Assembly (NCBI GenBank): GCA_965644315.1
Contig: CBFFRQ010000051.1
Span: 62,001 to 126,000, forward strand
Length of the DNA stretch: 64,000 bases
Reading direction: 5' to 3'
Origin: Caecitellus pseudoparvulus
Taxonomy: Eukaryota > Protista > Bigyra: Bicosoecida
A program made the position numbers and the translations under genes. Shown here in pieces: positions 22,901-32,506 of the stretch. How positions within the stretch are numbered: the stretch's first letter is position 1; each line of letters opens with the position of its first letter. The notes beneath the pieces are model-generated. The model worked only from the letters and a program-made list of their open reading frames with translations, did no database searches and was not told the DNA's origin.

Positions 22901-24928
22901 CAGCGCTCCGGGTGCACAGTGGCCAGGCCACACGGGAAACTCAAACCCTCTGCATCTTTGAAGAACATGCCTGGCGTCCACAGCGCACAGCCAACGTGGC
23001 ACCAGGCAACAATGCCCCCATTAAGACCACCATCATCGCCGCCAGGGGTTTCGGGGGTAGCTAGCGGTTTCAGCGCCCGGTTTGAGCGGATGGGGCACAG
23101 AACACACTTGGGTGCCTGCACGCCCGCCCTGCACGCCTCACACACGAAACCTGAGGTCGGAATAGGACCAGGCACTCCTGGTAGCTGTTTGGCATCGGGT
23201 GGGCTGTCTGCATCGGGTTCGTAGAATCGAGGCTCAGGCCCAGGCGTGCTGCGCTGCGGTACCGCTGGCACTCTGTGCCTGCCATCGCTCGACAAGTCCA
23301 CACCAAAGCACGCCTCGTGCACACCGAGTCCGCAGCACTCACACACCACTAGGGGCGAACCCTTGTCCCCTGCACACCCACACACGCCACACTCAAGGTC
23401 CTCGCCAACGGAGATGAGGACACCCCTGCCATCGCGAGTCTGGGGTGGTTTCTCTTGCTGTACAGTTGCGGGCGGGGGTGCAGTGTCGCTTGGCTGACTC
23501 ATGGCACTCGAGCTGGCCTTCGCCAATTGCACGAGCAGTGCAGCTGCACTGCCCTTGGGAGGGCGCGATCGCTTCTTGCCTCCTGAGCGCTTGCCGTCAC
23601 TGGCTTCTGAGACTGCAGCGTCACCGCTCTTGCCCGAACCAGCCTTGCTACCACTGGCCTTGCCCGAACCAGCCTTGCTACCACTGGCCTTGCCAGCACC
23701 AGCCTTGCCACCACTGGCCTTGCCCGAACCAGCTTTGCCACCACTGGCCTTGCCCGAACCAACCTTGCCCGAACCAACCTTGCCCGAACCAGCCTTGCCA
23801 GCAGTGGCCTTGCCCGAACCAGCCTTGCCCGAACCAGCCTTGCCCGAACCAGCCTTGCCAGCACTGGCCTTGCCCGAACCAGCCTTGCCCAAACCAGCCT
23901 TGCCAGCACTGGCCTTGCTCGAACCAGCCTTGTTTGCACTGCTCTCCTCGACCTCTAGCTGAGCAGGCACAGCGTCACCGAGCATGCCGCCCAACTGCTC
24001 TTTGGCAGTGCTTTGCAGCATCTTCGCTGTGGCCTTGCGCTGGCGGCGTGATACGCGTTTCGCCGAGGACATGTCTGCTGGCGCCGATGACGGCACACTG
24101 GCAGTGTCTGTAGCGGGACTGGAGGCTGCTTGTGCCAGTCTTCGGGCGCGAGAGGCCTGCTTGAACGCGGCAGCGGACAGAGCAGGGGAGGTGGCCGGCT
24201 GCTCGGTCAACCCGAACGTGTCATCGGCAGTGTTCGCAAGACTGCGCCGGCCCTGGCTGCGGTAGGTAGCAGCCTGCTGCAAGAGTGCGGAAGACTGCCC
24301 TGCTCGGGCAGAGCGGTGCATGGCATGTGCGGCACGGCCGACAATGGAGCTGGGTGTGTGGGGCGGAGTGGAGGCGTGGTGGGATGGAGTGGACTTCGCA
24401 GACAACGGGCGACGAGACGCTGGGAGTCTCTTCCCTCGGCGCTTGGGCGTGGAGGGCGCCTCAAAGTCGAATTCGTCCGCCGCCTTTGGGCTGGGAGCAG
24501 GGTTTGCTGTTTGGACAGGAGTTGGTGGGGTGACACCAGTCACGCCAGAAGGGACGGAGGTCACCCCATCATTCGGAGAACCTGCGCAGGGTAGCATTAT
24601 GGGTATGTGGCTCTGTATAACGTGGTTTACTGGTCGTAGCGAAGGCTTGCAGTCTTGAACAGCGCAAGGTGTGTCAGCGGCGCTGTCGCTCAAATGCCGC
24701 ACAACCACACGCACGCTGCTCGGAGCCAGGGAGACTTCCTGCAACCCGTTGGAAGCGCCTTCGCAGAGGCTTTCCTGTGGAGGTCGGGACTTGACTTTCG
24801 ACATCCCCAAGGGAGGACAGCTTGCTCCCAGATGTGAGGGGCTTTGCCGGCACAGCAGGTTCGGTGTCTGCAGCCAAGTCTGAGGCGCCCGTGCTTCCCC
24901 TGCGGCGGCTCAAGCGTCGTGCAGGCAT
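19984..24928 (-). CDS. ORC2: Origin recognition complex subunit 2 with N-terminal PZP (PHD-Zn knuckle-ePHD) and an extra PHD finger
   Basis: ORC2 motifs: QFGHWRSLL...SILAYGVGSKKALLEEF, VLVVNGY, LVLHNLDG, LVASTDHVNA, YVLKSLTPN, EFTDHALV. Upstream Cys/His zinc modules lie in the same stop-free frame. Exon 1 from ATG 24928 joins through intron 24582-24714. Confidence 0.9.
23620..23934 (-). repeat. Coding minisatellite, 15-bp unit x about 21, encoding (G/S)K(A/V)(G/S/T)(S/A/G)
   Basis: Repeated cttgcccgaaccagc / cttgccaccactggc units on the + strand; translation GKAGS GKASA GKAGL... Confidence 0.95.
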
Positions 24929-25129
24929 GCTGAGGGGAGGATTACTCAATGGTGCACAAAGTAAAGGTGCGAGTGTGTCTTGAGCCTCACGTGGCGGGAG
25001 CCAACTGAGCCTCTTCCTCGCCCGATGAGCTTCGCAATTTCCGCAGGCACCTGGCAGCTGCAAGGACGCTTGGACAGTGCTAGGACGGTAGAGGGGCTGG
25101 GAACAAAGCTGGCCAAGCTAACCTAACCA

Positions 25130-25173
25130 GACTTCCCCAGATTCCCCTCTAAATTTTCATGGGTGTCAAGTTT
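25130..25173 (+). promoter_or_regulatory. Candidate bipartite element GACTTCCCCAG-N23-TGTCAAGTTT in a divergent promoter
   Basis: Second copy of the element at 3566-3609; lies between ORC2 and MVK. Confidence 0.35.
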
Positions 25174-25319
25174 GACGCTCGACGGCAAGTGGCCTGGCGC
25201 GGCAATCTTCCGGACTTCGCCATATTCCCCGTGCTCACCACCACCACATCCTGCATGTAGGCCAGGCTGGAGCCAGTGCAGGGCGCAGGCAAGCACGTGG
25301 ACATCCACCCACCGCCAGC

Positions 25320-27140
25320 ATGGCCAGCCCAGCACCGACCGCACCACACGCACGCGCCTCGGCGCCGGGCAAGCTCATCCTCTTTGGCGAGCATGCCGTG
25401 GTCTACGGCAAGACAGCCGTGGCAGGCGCCTTGTCGGACTTGCGTGTCTTCGTCCGAGCGGTGCGTCGTGAGGCCCTGCCTCCGTCTGCAGGCCGGCATC
25501 GCACGCTTGCGCGTGCTCACACAGGACGCGACACGGGACGGCGCCTTGACCATCAACATCCCCGCCTTGGTGAAGGGGGCTCAAGATGTGGCTCTGACAT
25601 GGCCTCTGGAAAGCCTAGATGGGCCTGTCATGCAGGCTCTGGCTGCGTGTGGTGCGTGCAGCGCCACTGCGTGCCGCATACCACTGCGCCATGCAAGCTT
25701 TGTCGCCGGGCACCCTGCGCAGATGCACGCAAGGCCGTGCAGCCCATTCCTGGCGTGTGTGAGGCGTTGGAGAGTTTGTGCACAGAGTACGACCCTCTCA
25801 TCCGAAAGGCCATCATTCCCACTGCCTTCCTGGCTCTTGCAATGGTGGGAGGGCATCTTCGGCGTGAAGGTGCAAAATCCGCAACCTCCTGCACTGGCCT
25901 CGCGGTGCACATTGAAAGCGACACCAGCACCTTACCTGTAGCAGCAGGGCTAGGTTCTAGTGCCGCCTTCTCAGTGGCCACGGCAGCTGCGCTTCTGGCC
26001 CTGTTCCGGCAGCTGGAAGGCAAAGGCATGGCCGGGGAGCCAGCAGGTGCTGCTGGCGCTCCACACACACCACTGGCTGGCGAGCCCGTGGTGGTGCCCT
26101 CTGAAGCGTCCCTGTCCCTCATCAACGCCTGGGCGTACTCTGCCGAGACGCTCTTCCACGGTGCGCCATCAGGCCTGGACAACACGGTGTCCACGTATGG
26201 CGGCGCCATCGCGTACCGCAAGTCGCCCCAGTACATCCACCGTGTCCAGGACATGCCGCAGTTGCCGATCCTGGTGACGAACACGAAGGTGCCGAAGGAC
26301 ACCAAGGCCCTCGTGGCGGGGGTGCGCACGCGGTACGACGCCCACCCCACCATTGTCGCGCCCATCATCGACGCAATTGAGGAGGTGTCCAACGCCTTCC
26401 TTGAGCAGGTGGAGCACCACGCCGTGACCACCGCCGACGCACGCCGCCTCATGGTGGGCGCCTCAGCCGACGGCAGTGAGATCGCGCACGCCTCCAACCG
26501 GGGCACCTCCGCCCAAGGCAGCGGCGGCCTCTCCAGCCCTGTGCCCACAGAACCCGGCCGCCCTCGTGTCCGCACCGTGTCCTGGGATGCCGCCGCCGGC
26601 AGCCTCGTCGCAGACACACAGCAGCTCATCCACATGAACCAGGGCTTGCTGGACGCACTGGGGGTGGGGCACCCCGCCATTGACGCCGTGCGCGCCACTG
26701 CTGCGCGCGTGCTGCCTGGAGCGGCCACCAAACTCACCGGAGCAGGTGGAGGTGGCTGTGCCTTGACGCTGCTGCCCGAGGGGGTGGGGGCGGAGGGGGG
26801 TGACGCGCTCGTGCAGGCCCTGGAGCAGCTCAGCTGGGCATCAGGCAAGCATGGCGCCCATGTGCCCTTCGTGTGTGTGCGTACGGCCATGGCTGGTGCA
26901 GGCGTGCTGGTGGAGCAGCCGTGTCTTGTGTCTGCAGCCGCCTCGGCTGAGCAGGCAGACTCTGACGTCACGACCGGCGTGTACGTGTCGCGGCGCCGGG
27001 CTGCCCTCATTGCCGCAGACAAGCGGCGCCGAGAGGAGCGGAAGCACTTGACGCACTTCATCGTGCCGCTGGGCCTGGCACTGTCGGTGGGGGCAGGTTT
27101 GTTGAAATCCTGGCTGGGCAAGGCCGCAGCACCGGCATGA
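25320..27140 (+). CDS. MVK: Mevalonate kinase (GHMP family), 3 exons
   Basis: SAPGKLILFGEHAVVYG, LPVAAGLGSSAA, HGAPSGLDNTVSTYGG, KLTGAGGGGC. Introns 25461-25524 and 25652-25722 restore the frame. Confidence 0.92.
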   Translation: MASPAPTAPHARASAPGKLILFGEHAVVYGKTAVAGALSDLRVFVRAVRREALPPSAGRHRTLARAHTGRDTGRRLDHQHPRLGEGGSRCGSDMASGKPRWACHAGSGCVWCVQRHCVPHTTAPCKLCRRAPCADARKAVQPIPGVCEALESLCTEYDPLIRKAIIPTAFLALAMVGGHLRREGAKSATSCTGLAVHIESDTSTLPVAAGLGSSAAFSVATAAALLALFRQLEGKGMAGEPAGAAGAPHTPLAGEPVVVPSEASLSLINAWAYSAETLFHGAPSGLDNTVSTYGGAIAYRKSPQYIHRVQDMPQLPILVTNTKVPKDTKALVAGVRTRYDAHPTIVAPIIDAIEEVSNAFLEQVEHHAVTTADARRLMVGASADGSEIAHASNRGTSAQGSGGLSSPVPTEPGRPRVRTVSWDAAAGSLVADTQQLIHMNQGLLDALGVGHPAIDAVRATAARVLPGAATKLTGAGGGGCALTLLPEGVGAEGGDALVQALEQLSWASGKHGAHVPFVCVRTAMAGAGVLVEQPCLVSAAASAEQADSDVTTGVYVSRRRAALIAADKRRREERKHLTHFIVPLGLALSVGAGLLKSWLGKAAAPA

Positions 27141-27361
27141 GTGCTGCCACACCCCGCTCAAATGCACAAATCTGGGCCCACACTGCATGCTGCGTGAATG
27201 ATGGATTGAGGTGGCTTCTGCATCCATGCGCGGTCCGCTGCCCTTGACACTAGCCTCCATAGTGTGCCCAGGCGCAGGCTGCTGCCCAGCTCGGGAGTTT
27301 CGCCTGTGCCACCTCTGGAAACCCTTTGAATGGATGAGCGGGGTGATTTCTAAGTTTCAAC

Positions 27362-28729
27362 ATGGCAGGGCACCTGCAGCTGACGTTTATCGATGATGAC
27401 GACATTCTGGGCGACGCAGGCCCCGCCCTGACTCCTTCGTTCTCCATCACGCAGCCTCAACAGGCTGGCGCCAGCGGCGTTTCATCTGCAGCAGCAGCGC
27501 ACGCCAGGCCTGTCCCCGACCTCGATGACAGCCAAAGAGAGCCTGCTGCGGCATTTCAATACTCCCTCAGCACATTTTCCCAGCCAGATGTCTCGCGACC
27601 CATTTCGCCAGTCCTGCCGGCGAGCTCCCTGGGCGGATCTGTGCGAGGGCGAGAGCCAACGCAGCCCCTCCCCGTCCCGGCACCCTCCACGCTGACAGCC
27701 CCCAGCCCCAAGCGGCCACGCGCCGTCCCAGCATACACGGCAGGCAATGCCCTCCTGGAGGGCACGCTGTCCCTCCCCAGCCAGCCCTTCATGCCCCCCC
27801 CTCCACCCCGCACCTCGCCCCCGCGTGCTGGAACGGCAGCCGCAGTCCCGTCTCACGCAAGCGCCAGGCAGCCCCCTGCCAGCCAAGGGAGCGGTCATGT
27901 GTCTGGGATCGTGCAGCAGCAAGGCTCAAGCCAGGCGTCGGCTGGGGTGCCGGAGTTTGGTGCTGCATCGCCCCAGCAGTCCGGCACCCAAGCGAGTCCA
28001 CACGCCACACCTCCTCGTGACGCAGGCGCCGGGGGCCAGACCAAGACGCACATCCCAGGCCCGGCTGGGGCCTTCTTTCGCGGAGGTGGGGACGCAGACA
28101 CCTCTGGCCTGCCTCCTAGCCACGCTGATGCGGATGACACGTCTGCCAGTGCAATCCCCGCAAACCCAGCGGTGCCCGAAGGTGGCGAGCCCACGTCAGG
28201 GATATTCGGTCCTGGCCAGCGCGTGGACGCGGCGTGGTTGTCCACAGGTGCCTGGCGCACCCTCGCCATTGATCTGGACCTGCCACCCGAGGCCACGCCC
28301 TGGGGGCGAGTGGAGGGTGCCGCCGCGCCTACACCGTCGAGTGCTCCTGCCGTGCCCAGCACCGTGGTGCCGTTGCGCACCTTCACATTACGGGCAGCGG
28401 AGAACCCACGCATGTGCTGGAAAGGTGTGCCTGGCGTGGGCGTCGTCATCACAGCGTACAGGGCCACGGCAGCAGGGGCGCTGGCGACGGTGCAGGATTG
28501 GTCTGGCAGTGCGCGCGCACTGCTTGCCAGGGACGTCGTGCAGGACTTTGGCAGTCGACTGGGCGTGGGCAGCTGCCTGTCCCTGGCAGGCGTGGCTGTC
28601 ATACAGCCCTCCCCTGGCGTGCTGTACTTGAACGTGCTCTCTGACACGGTGAGCAAGGTGTACGCCAGCGACACGCGCCAGCCCGCGCCACGACACACCC
28701 AGCAGCAGTCACAATCGGGTTCTGGGTAG
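27362..28729 (+). CDS. HROB/MCM8IP-like (DUF4539) OB-fold protein
   Basis: Disordered N-terminus with IPGPAG motif; C-terminal OB fold VQDWSGSARALL...LGVGSCLSLAGVAVIQPSPGVLYLNV. Confidence 0.7.
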   Translation: MAGHLQLTFIDDDDILGDAGPALTPSFSITQPQQAGASGVSSAAAAHARPVPDLDDSQREPAAAFQYSLSTFSQPDVSRPISPVLPASSLGGSVRGREPTQPLPVPAPSTLTAPSPKRPRAVPAYTAGNALLEGTLSLPSQPFMPPPPPRTSPPRAGTAAAVPSHASARQPPASQGSGHVSGIVQQQGSSQASAGVPEFGAASPQQSGTQASPHATPPRDAGAGGQTKTHIPGPAGAFFRGGGDADTSGLPPSHADADDTSASAIPANPAVPEGGEPTSGIFGPGQRVDAAWLSTGAWRTLAIDLDLPPEATPWGRVEGAAAPTPSSAPAVPSTVVPLRTFTLRAAENPRMCWKGVPGVGVVITAYRATAAGALATVQDWSGSARALLARDVVQDFGSRLGVGSCLSLAGVAVIQPSPGVLYLNVLSDTVSKVYASDTRQPAPRHTQQQSQSGSG

Positions 28730-28969
28730 CTGGCACACGGCGGGCAGGCTGCCCATCATGCGTTTCACTGTGACCCGTCATGCACGCACGTGGCGAGCAG
28801 CACTGGGTGGGTCGTGGTGCGTGTCCAGAGCCAGAACACGAGTGCGCACTATACGCTACACGTCACTCGTGCATTCGCCTCTCTTCTGCTCGCCAACGGT
28901 CACGCCTACTCAGCCCACCCTAACCAATGCACCTTGGTTTCATCTTTTCCATCATGCACTGCAGCCTGT

Positions 28970-30807
28970 CTAGCCCGAAGGGGTGTCGGCCTTGACAGCT
29001 TCGCCTGACAAGTCGAACGAGGCTGGTCGGGGAACACTGCGGCGTCGCGTGCTCTGCAGTCCCCAGCCTTCTCGGCGTCGTTTCTGCCCGCCAACGGGGA
29101 CCGCCGGCCCTGCACAAGCAGCCTTGTCGGAGAACCCCCGCGGAGGTGCAGCCGTGACGCGCAGGCGCGCCATCAACGCCTCATGCTCGGTGGCAGAGCG
29201 CACACTCGTCATGCGGCTGACCAGCCACTCCAGGCGACCTTCCCGCAGCGACTCGCGCCGGGCGTCCAGCCACGCGAGCGCGATGAACGGCAAGAGCAGC
29301 TGCAGGTGCGCCCACGACAGAGTGTGGAAGTGCCCCTTGGAGAGGTCAGGCGGGGTGAGGTCGCCCCACCCTGAGTCCCGGGGGTTGGGCCCCACGGCAG
29401 CGTTATACGCCACCTGCACGAACCTGTACAGCTTGTCGGCCTTGGACTCCCTGGTGCCACTGGCAGCGTCCCGCAGTGAGGCCAGCAGCAGGTCCTCGAG
29501 CAGAGGGGGGTCCTGGCCGTTCCCCAGCACGCCGATGGCGGCGAAGTTGGCAGCGTGCAGCGCCTTGATGTCCGGCTTGGTGAAGGACTCCTTCCCACCG
29601 CGGGCTCTCTTTGGCCTGTACCATGCAATCCAGTCCTCCTCCTCAGTGTTCCCTTTCAGCACTTGGATGCGGTGGTCAACCTCTCGGCGGCCGGCCGCTG
29701 AGCGGCTGACAGCATCTCCGCCAATCTCTTTCTGAATGCCCACAATCCCCGTCGCGCCGTCCATGAACTTCCGAACACGCGCTCGCATGCGCTTTTGACC
29801 CGCAGCGTACCCACCCATGCCCTCCCTGACGCTGGCGACGGCTGCTTGCACGGCCGCCCACACCGCGGAGTGCTCCCCTTCCGAGACCCCCTGCAAGGGG
29901 GCCTCCAAGCCCAGGGCGCCCATCCACTCTGGCAGGCGACTCTCCTGGCGCTCCACCATGGCCTTGACTGCATCCAAGGTCCCGCCCCCAAAGACACCCA
30001 CACCCCCCTCCAAGACGGCCCGGGTCCACAACCGGCGGAAGGCGGCCGCAGGGTTCCCCTGCCCTTCGCCAAATGCAACCAGCGGGCAGTCCTGGGGCTT
30101 GCCTCCCTGGGCTGTGCTGACCTGCACTGGACTTGAGATCGCCTGCAGAAGGGCTGCGTTGGCCTGCACTTGGCGCTGAAGTTTCAGGGTCGTGGCGGCC
30201 TGCACTTGGCGCACAAGTTGCGCGATGGTGGCGGCCTGTGCTGCCACGATCTCCTCCACCACCTGCATGTGGATGGCAAGGCCTCTCAACAACTTGCGCC
30301 TGGCACGCGCATCGGAGCTGCTGGTAAGTTTTTGCAGATGTGGGAGGTGGATCCCGTCATGCCAATCCTGGCTTCCAGCGGTGGCGGGCGCCTCGCCTGC
30401 GCAGGAGCGAAGCCAGCCAGTGCATGCACAAGCCAAGCGCTGCGTCTTCAGCACGTGCAGCCGGGCGTACCTGCACCATCTGACGGCTGCTCAGATTGTC
30501 CTTCAAGTGTTTGCATCAATGCTGCAAAGCTTGCCCGCAGAAATTCCCTGCCTGAGGGGTCGGCGCAGGCACAGGCGTGTTGGCGTGGCGTGTTTGAGGA
30601 AAAACTTGCCACAGCAAACTCACGGCTCAAGGTCCCAAAGTCGAAGCCTCGGCTTCCTCGCCCCTCGACACGTGTCCCTTGTAGCCTTTCCTCTGCAAAT
30701 CGCCTCACTTTCGTCTTGGCGGCCGTGTGCTTTAGAGCAGGGAGGGTGCTCGGCGCACTGGCTGCGTCGACAGGGGGCACCTGCCCCCCTGAGGGAGGGG
30801 CGCTCAT
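28970..30807 (-). CDS. Uncharacterised protein (probably 3 exons), no recognised domain
   Basis: 494-codon ORF 28970..30454 plus upstream segments from ATG 30807 with plausible GT..AG sites; coiled-coil-like region followed by a helical globular region. Confidence 0.55.
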
Positions 30808-30969
30808 GAGGGGAGTGGGCTTGCACCAGGGATCTAGTCGCAACAAACATACAAATCAACAATACTTGATCACAGGAGAGGTGTTGGGTTTGGCGAATGG
30901 TGCAGACTGCCCCACTGTGGTGGCGTTGCAAGTGCGGTAATTGCTTCTGCCTGCGCAGTTTGAGCAGAC

Positions 30970-31620
30970 ATGGCCTCGCACGATGAGGTCGCGATCTGCC
31001 CGTACTGCCAGAAGACCTTTGTTAACTCCACTAGAGTTTTGCAGCACTTGCGTTTCTGCAAGAAGAATCCCCACACCATTGGCACTGGGCTCCACCGCAG
31101 CGTGAAGAAGTCTCACCGCCTTCGTGCCCGTGACATTCGCTTTGTTTACAAGGCTCCACAGCTCACCCATGCAGCATCCCCCAAAGTTGGGGCCACAGCC
31201 CAGCACGATGCAACAAATCATGTTGCTGCTCAGCCGGTTGCAGGGTCTCAAGCGGCCCCTGGTGCCAACGCAGCCGCTGGCGCAGGCGCTGCCGCACCCA
31301 CTAGCGCACCCACGGCAAAGCCAGTAGCAGCCCTCCACTACGCTCCACAAAGCCTGGAGTCCAGCGATGACGAGTCCAGCGATAGCATGTTCGCTTCTGA
31401 GCCAGAATCGCTTGGAGCGGCTGCTTCCCCCGACTGGTCATCGTCCAGCTCTTTCAGCGAAGAGAGCGATGAGGGTGATCAGGAGTATTGGGACTATTGG
31501 ATCGATGAAAGTGTCGAGGCTGGGGAGCCGGCTGCCCGCCCTCCCTCCACTGCGCACACCTCCCAGACACCCCAAACATCACGCGGTGAAGGTCTGCTTG
31601 AGCACATCGTGCAGAAGTGA
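30970..31620 (+). CDS. Small C2HC/C2H2-type zinc-finger protein with acidic tract
   Basis: CPYCQKTFVNSTRVLQHLRFC at the N-terminus, then Ser/Asp/Glu-rich region. May splice on to 31756. Confidence 0.5.
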   Translation: MASHDEVAICPYCQKTFVNSTRVLQHLRFCKKNPHTIGTGLHRSVKKSHRLRARDIRFVYKAPQLTHAASPKVGATAQHDATNHVAAQPVAGSQAAPGANAAAGAGAAAPTSAPTAKPVAALHYAPQSLESSDDESSDSMFASEPESLGAAASPDWSSSSSFSEESDEGDQEYWDYWIDESVEAGEPAARPPSTAHTSQTPQTSRGEGLLEHIVQK

Positions 31621-32506
31621 TGCGATCCACGCAGTCCGAGCGTACGACTGGGACTGTCTTGTTGCTGTGCTCCAGGAGGCCAAGTCCATGTCGGAAGCCC
31701 TGCTTGTCATCCGGGCTCACATGCCTCAGCACCCCAAAATGAAACCCCCAAAGTAGTAGTTGCAGCACCTGAAACAGCACTCAGTCGCAGGGGGTGGCAA
31801 ATTGAGAGCTGCGGCTTTCCGTGACACCGCAGCACGCCAAGCAGCGCTGTACACCTGACTGCAATAAGCACCGTAGCGTGGTACTCTTCACAAGCCGAAT
31901 GGCTTGATTTGTGTCATAATTCACGGCATTTGTGCCGTCCAATGGCGCTTGAGCCGCGCACTGATCTCTGGCGCACAGCTCCATGCAGCAGCACCGCAGC
32001 ACTCCTTCCTGCAAGGCAAGCTCAATGTGGACACAATAATGTGTAGACTAAGCGCGTGTGTGCTCCCGGCTTCAGAGCGAGTGTCGCGCTGTGCTGGACA
32101 GAGGCCTGGCGCAGCAACCGCGGCAGGAGCCTGCCTGAATCTGAGCCCGAGGCTTCGTGTGAGGACACTAAGGCTCAAGGTACTTGATGTCCTTGACTGA
32201 GACTTACCATTCGTGCAGTTTGGAATGAGCGGCCCTGACAGCTGTGTGCCTTGTCGCGGACCCTACCTCGACTCTGGCCCCCCTCGAAACTGCACCTTCG
32301 CAGCAGCAGCAATCCTTCACACAGCTCTCTCCAACGACCATCAGACTCTCAAAACACGCCACTTGTACACTTTTCCTTGTCATTTAAAGACACATTGAAT
32401 TCATTTTGTTGGTTTTTCCCAACTCGCCAAGACGTGCCCGCTGAGGGAACCGATACGCCACGTTGCAGTGACTTCAGGCTGCTGCGGAATTTGTGGCACA
32501 GGCAAC

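Noticed and set aside
23620-23934. GSGK units as Walker A motifs, or the repeat as a CRISPR-like array
   Set aside because: Contiguous 15-bp coding units with no spacers and no NTPase context; they do not fit [AG]x4GK[ST] within a folded domain.
25461-25722. Odd Cys/His-rich insertion in the MVK ORF translation
   Set aside because: Artefact of two introns (64+71 nt) flanking an exon read in another frame.
25628-27121. Long antisense or alternative-frame ORFs (also 5745-6515, 17801-19096, 39387-40646, 53591-54526)
   Set aside because: Shadows of real genes caused by high GC and stop-poor codon usage; no motifs.
19984-28729. ORC2 and HROB-like proximity as a replication gene cluster
   Set aside because: They are separated by unrelated MVK, and neighbours are functionally mixed; chance adjacency suffices.
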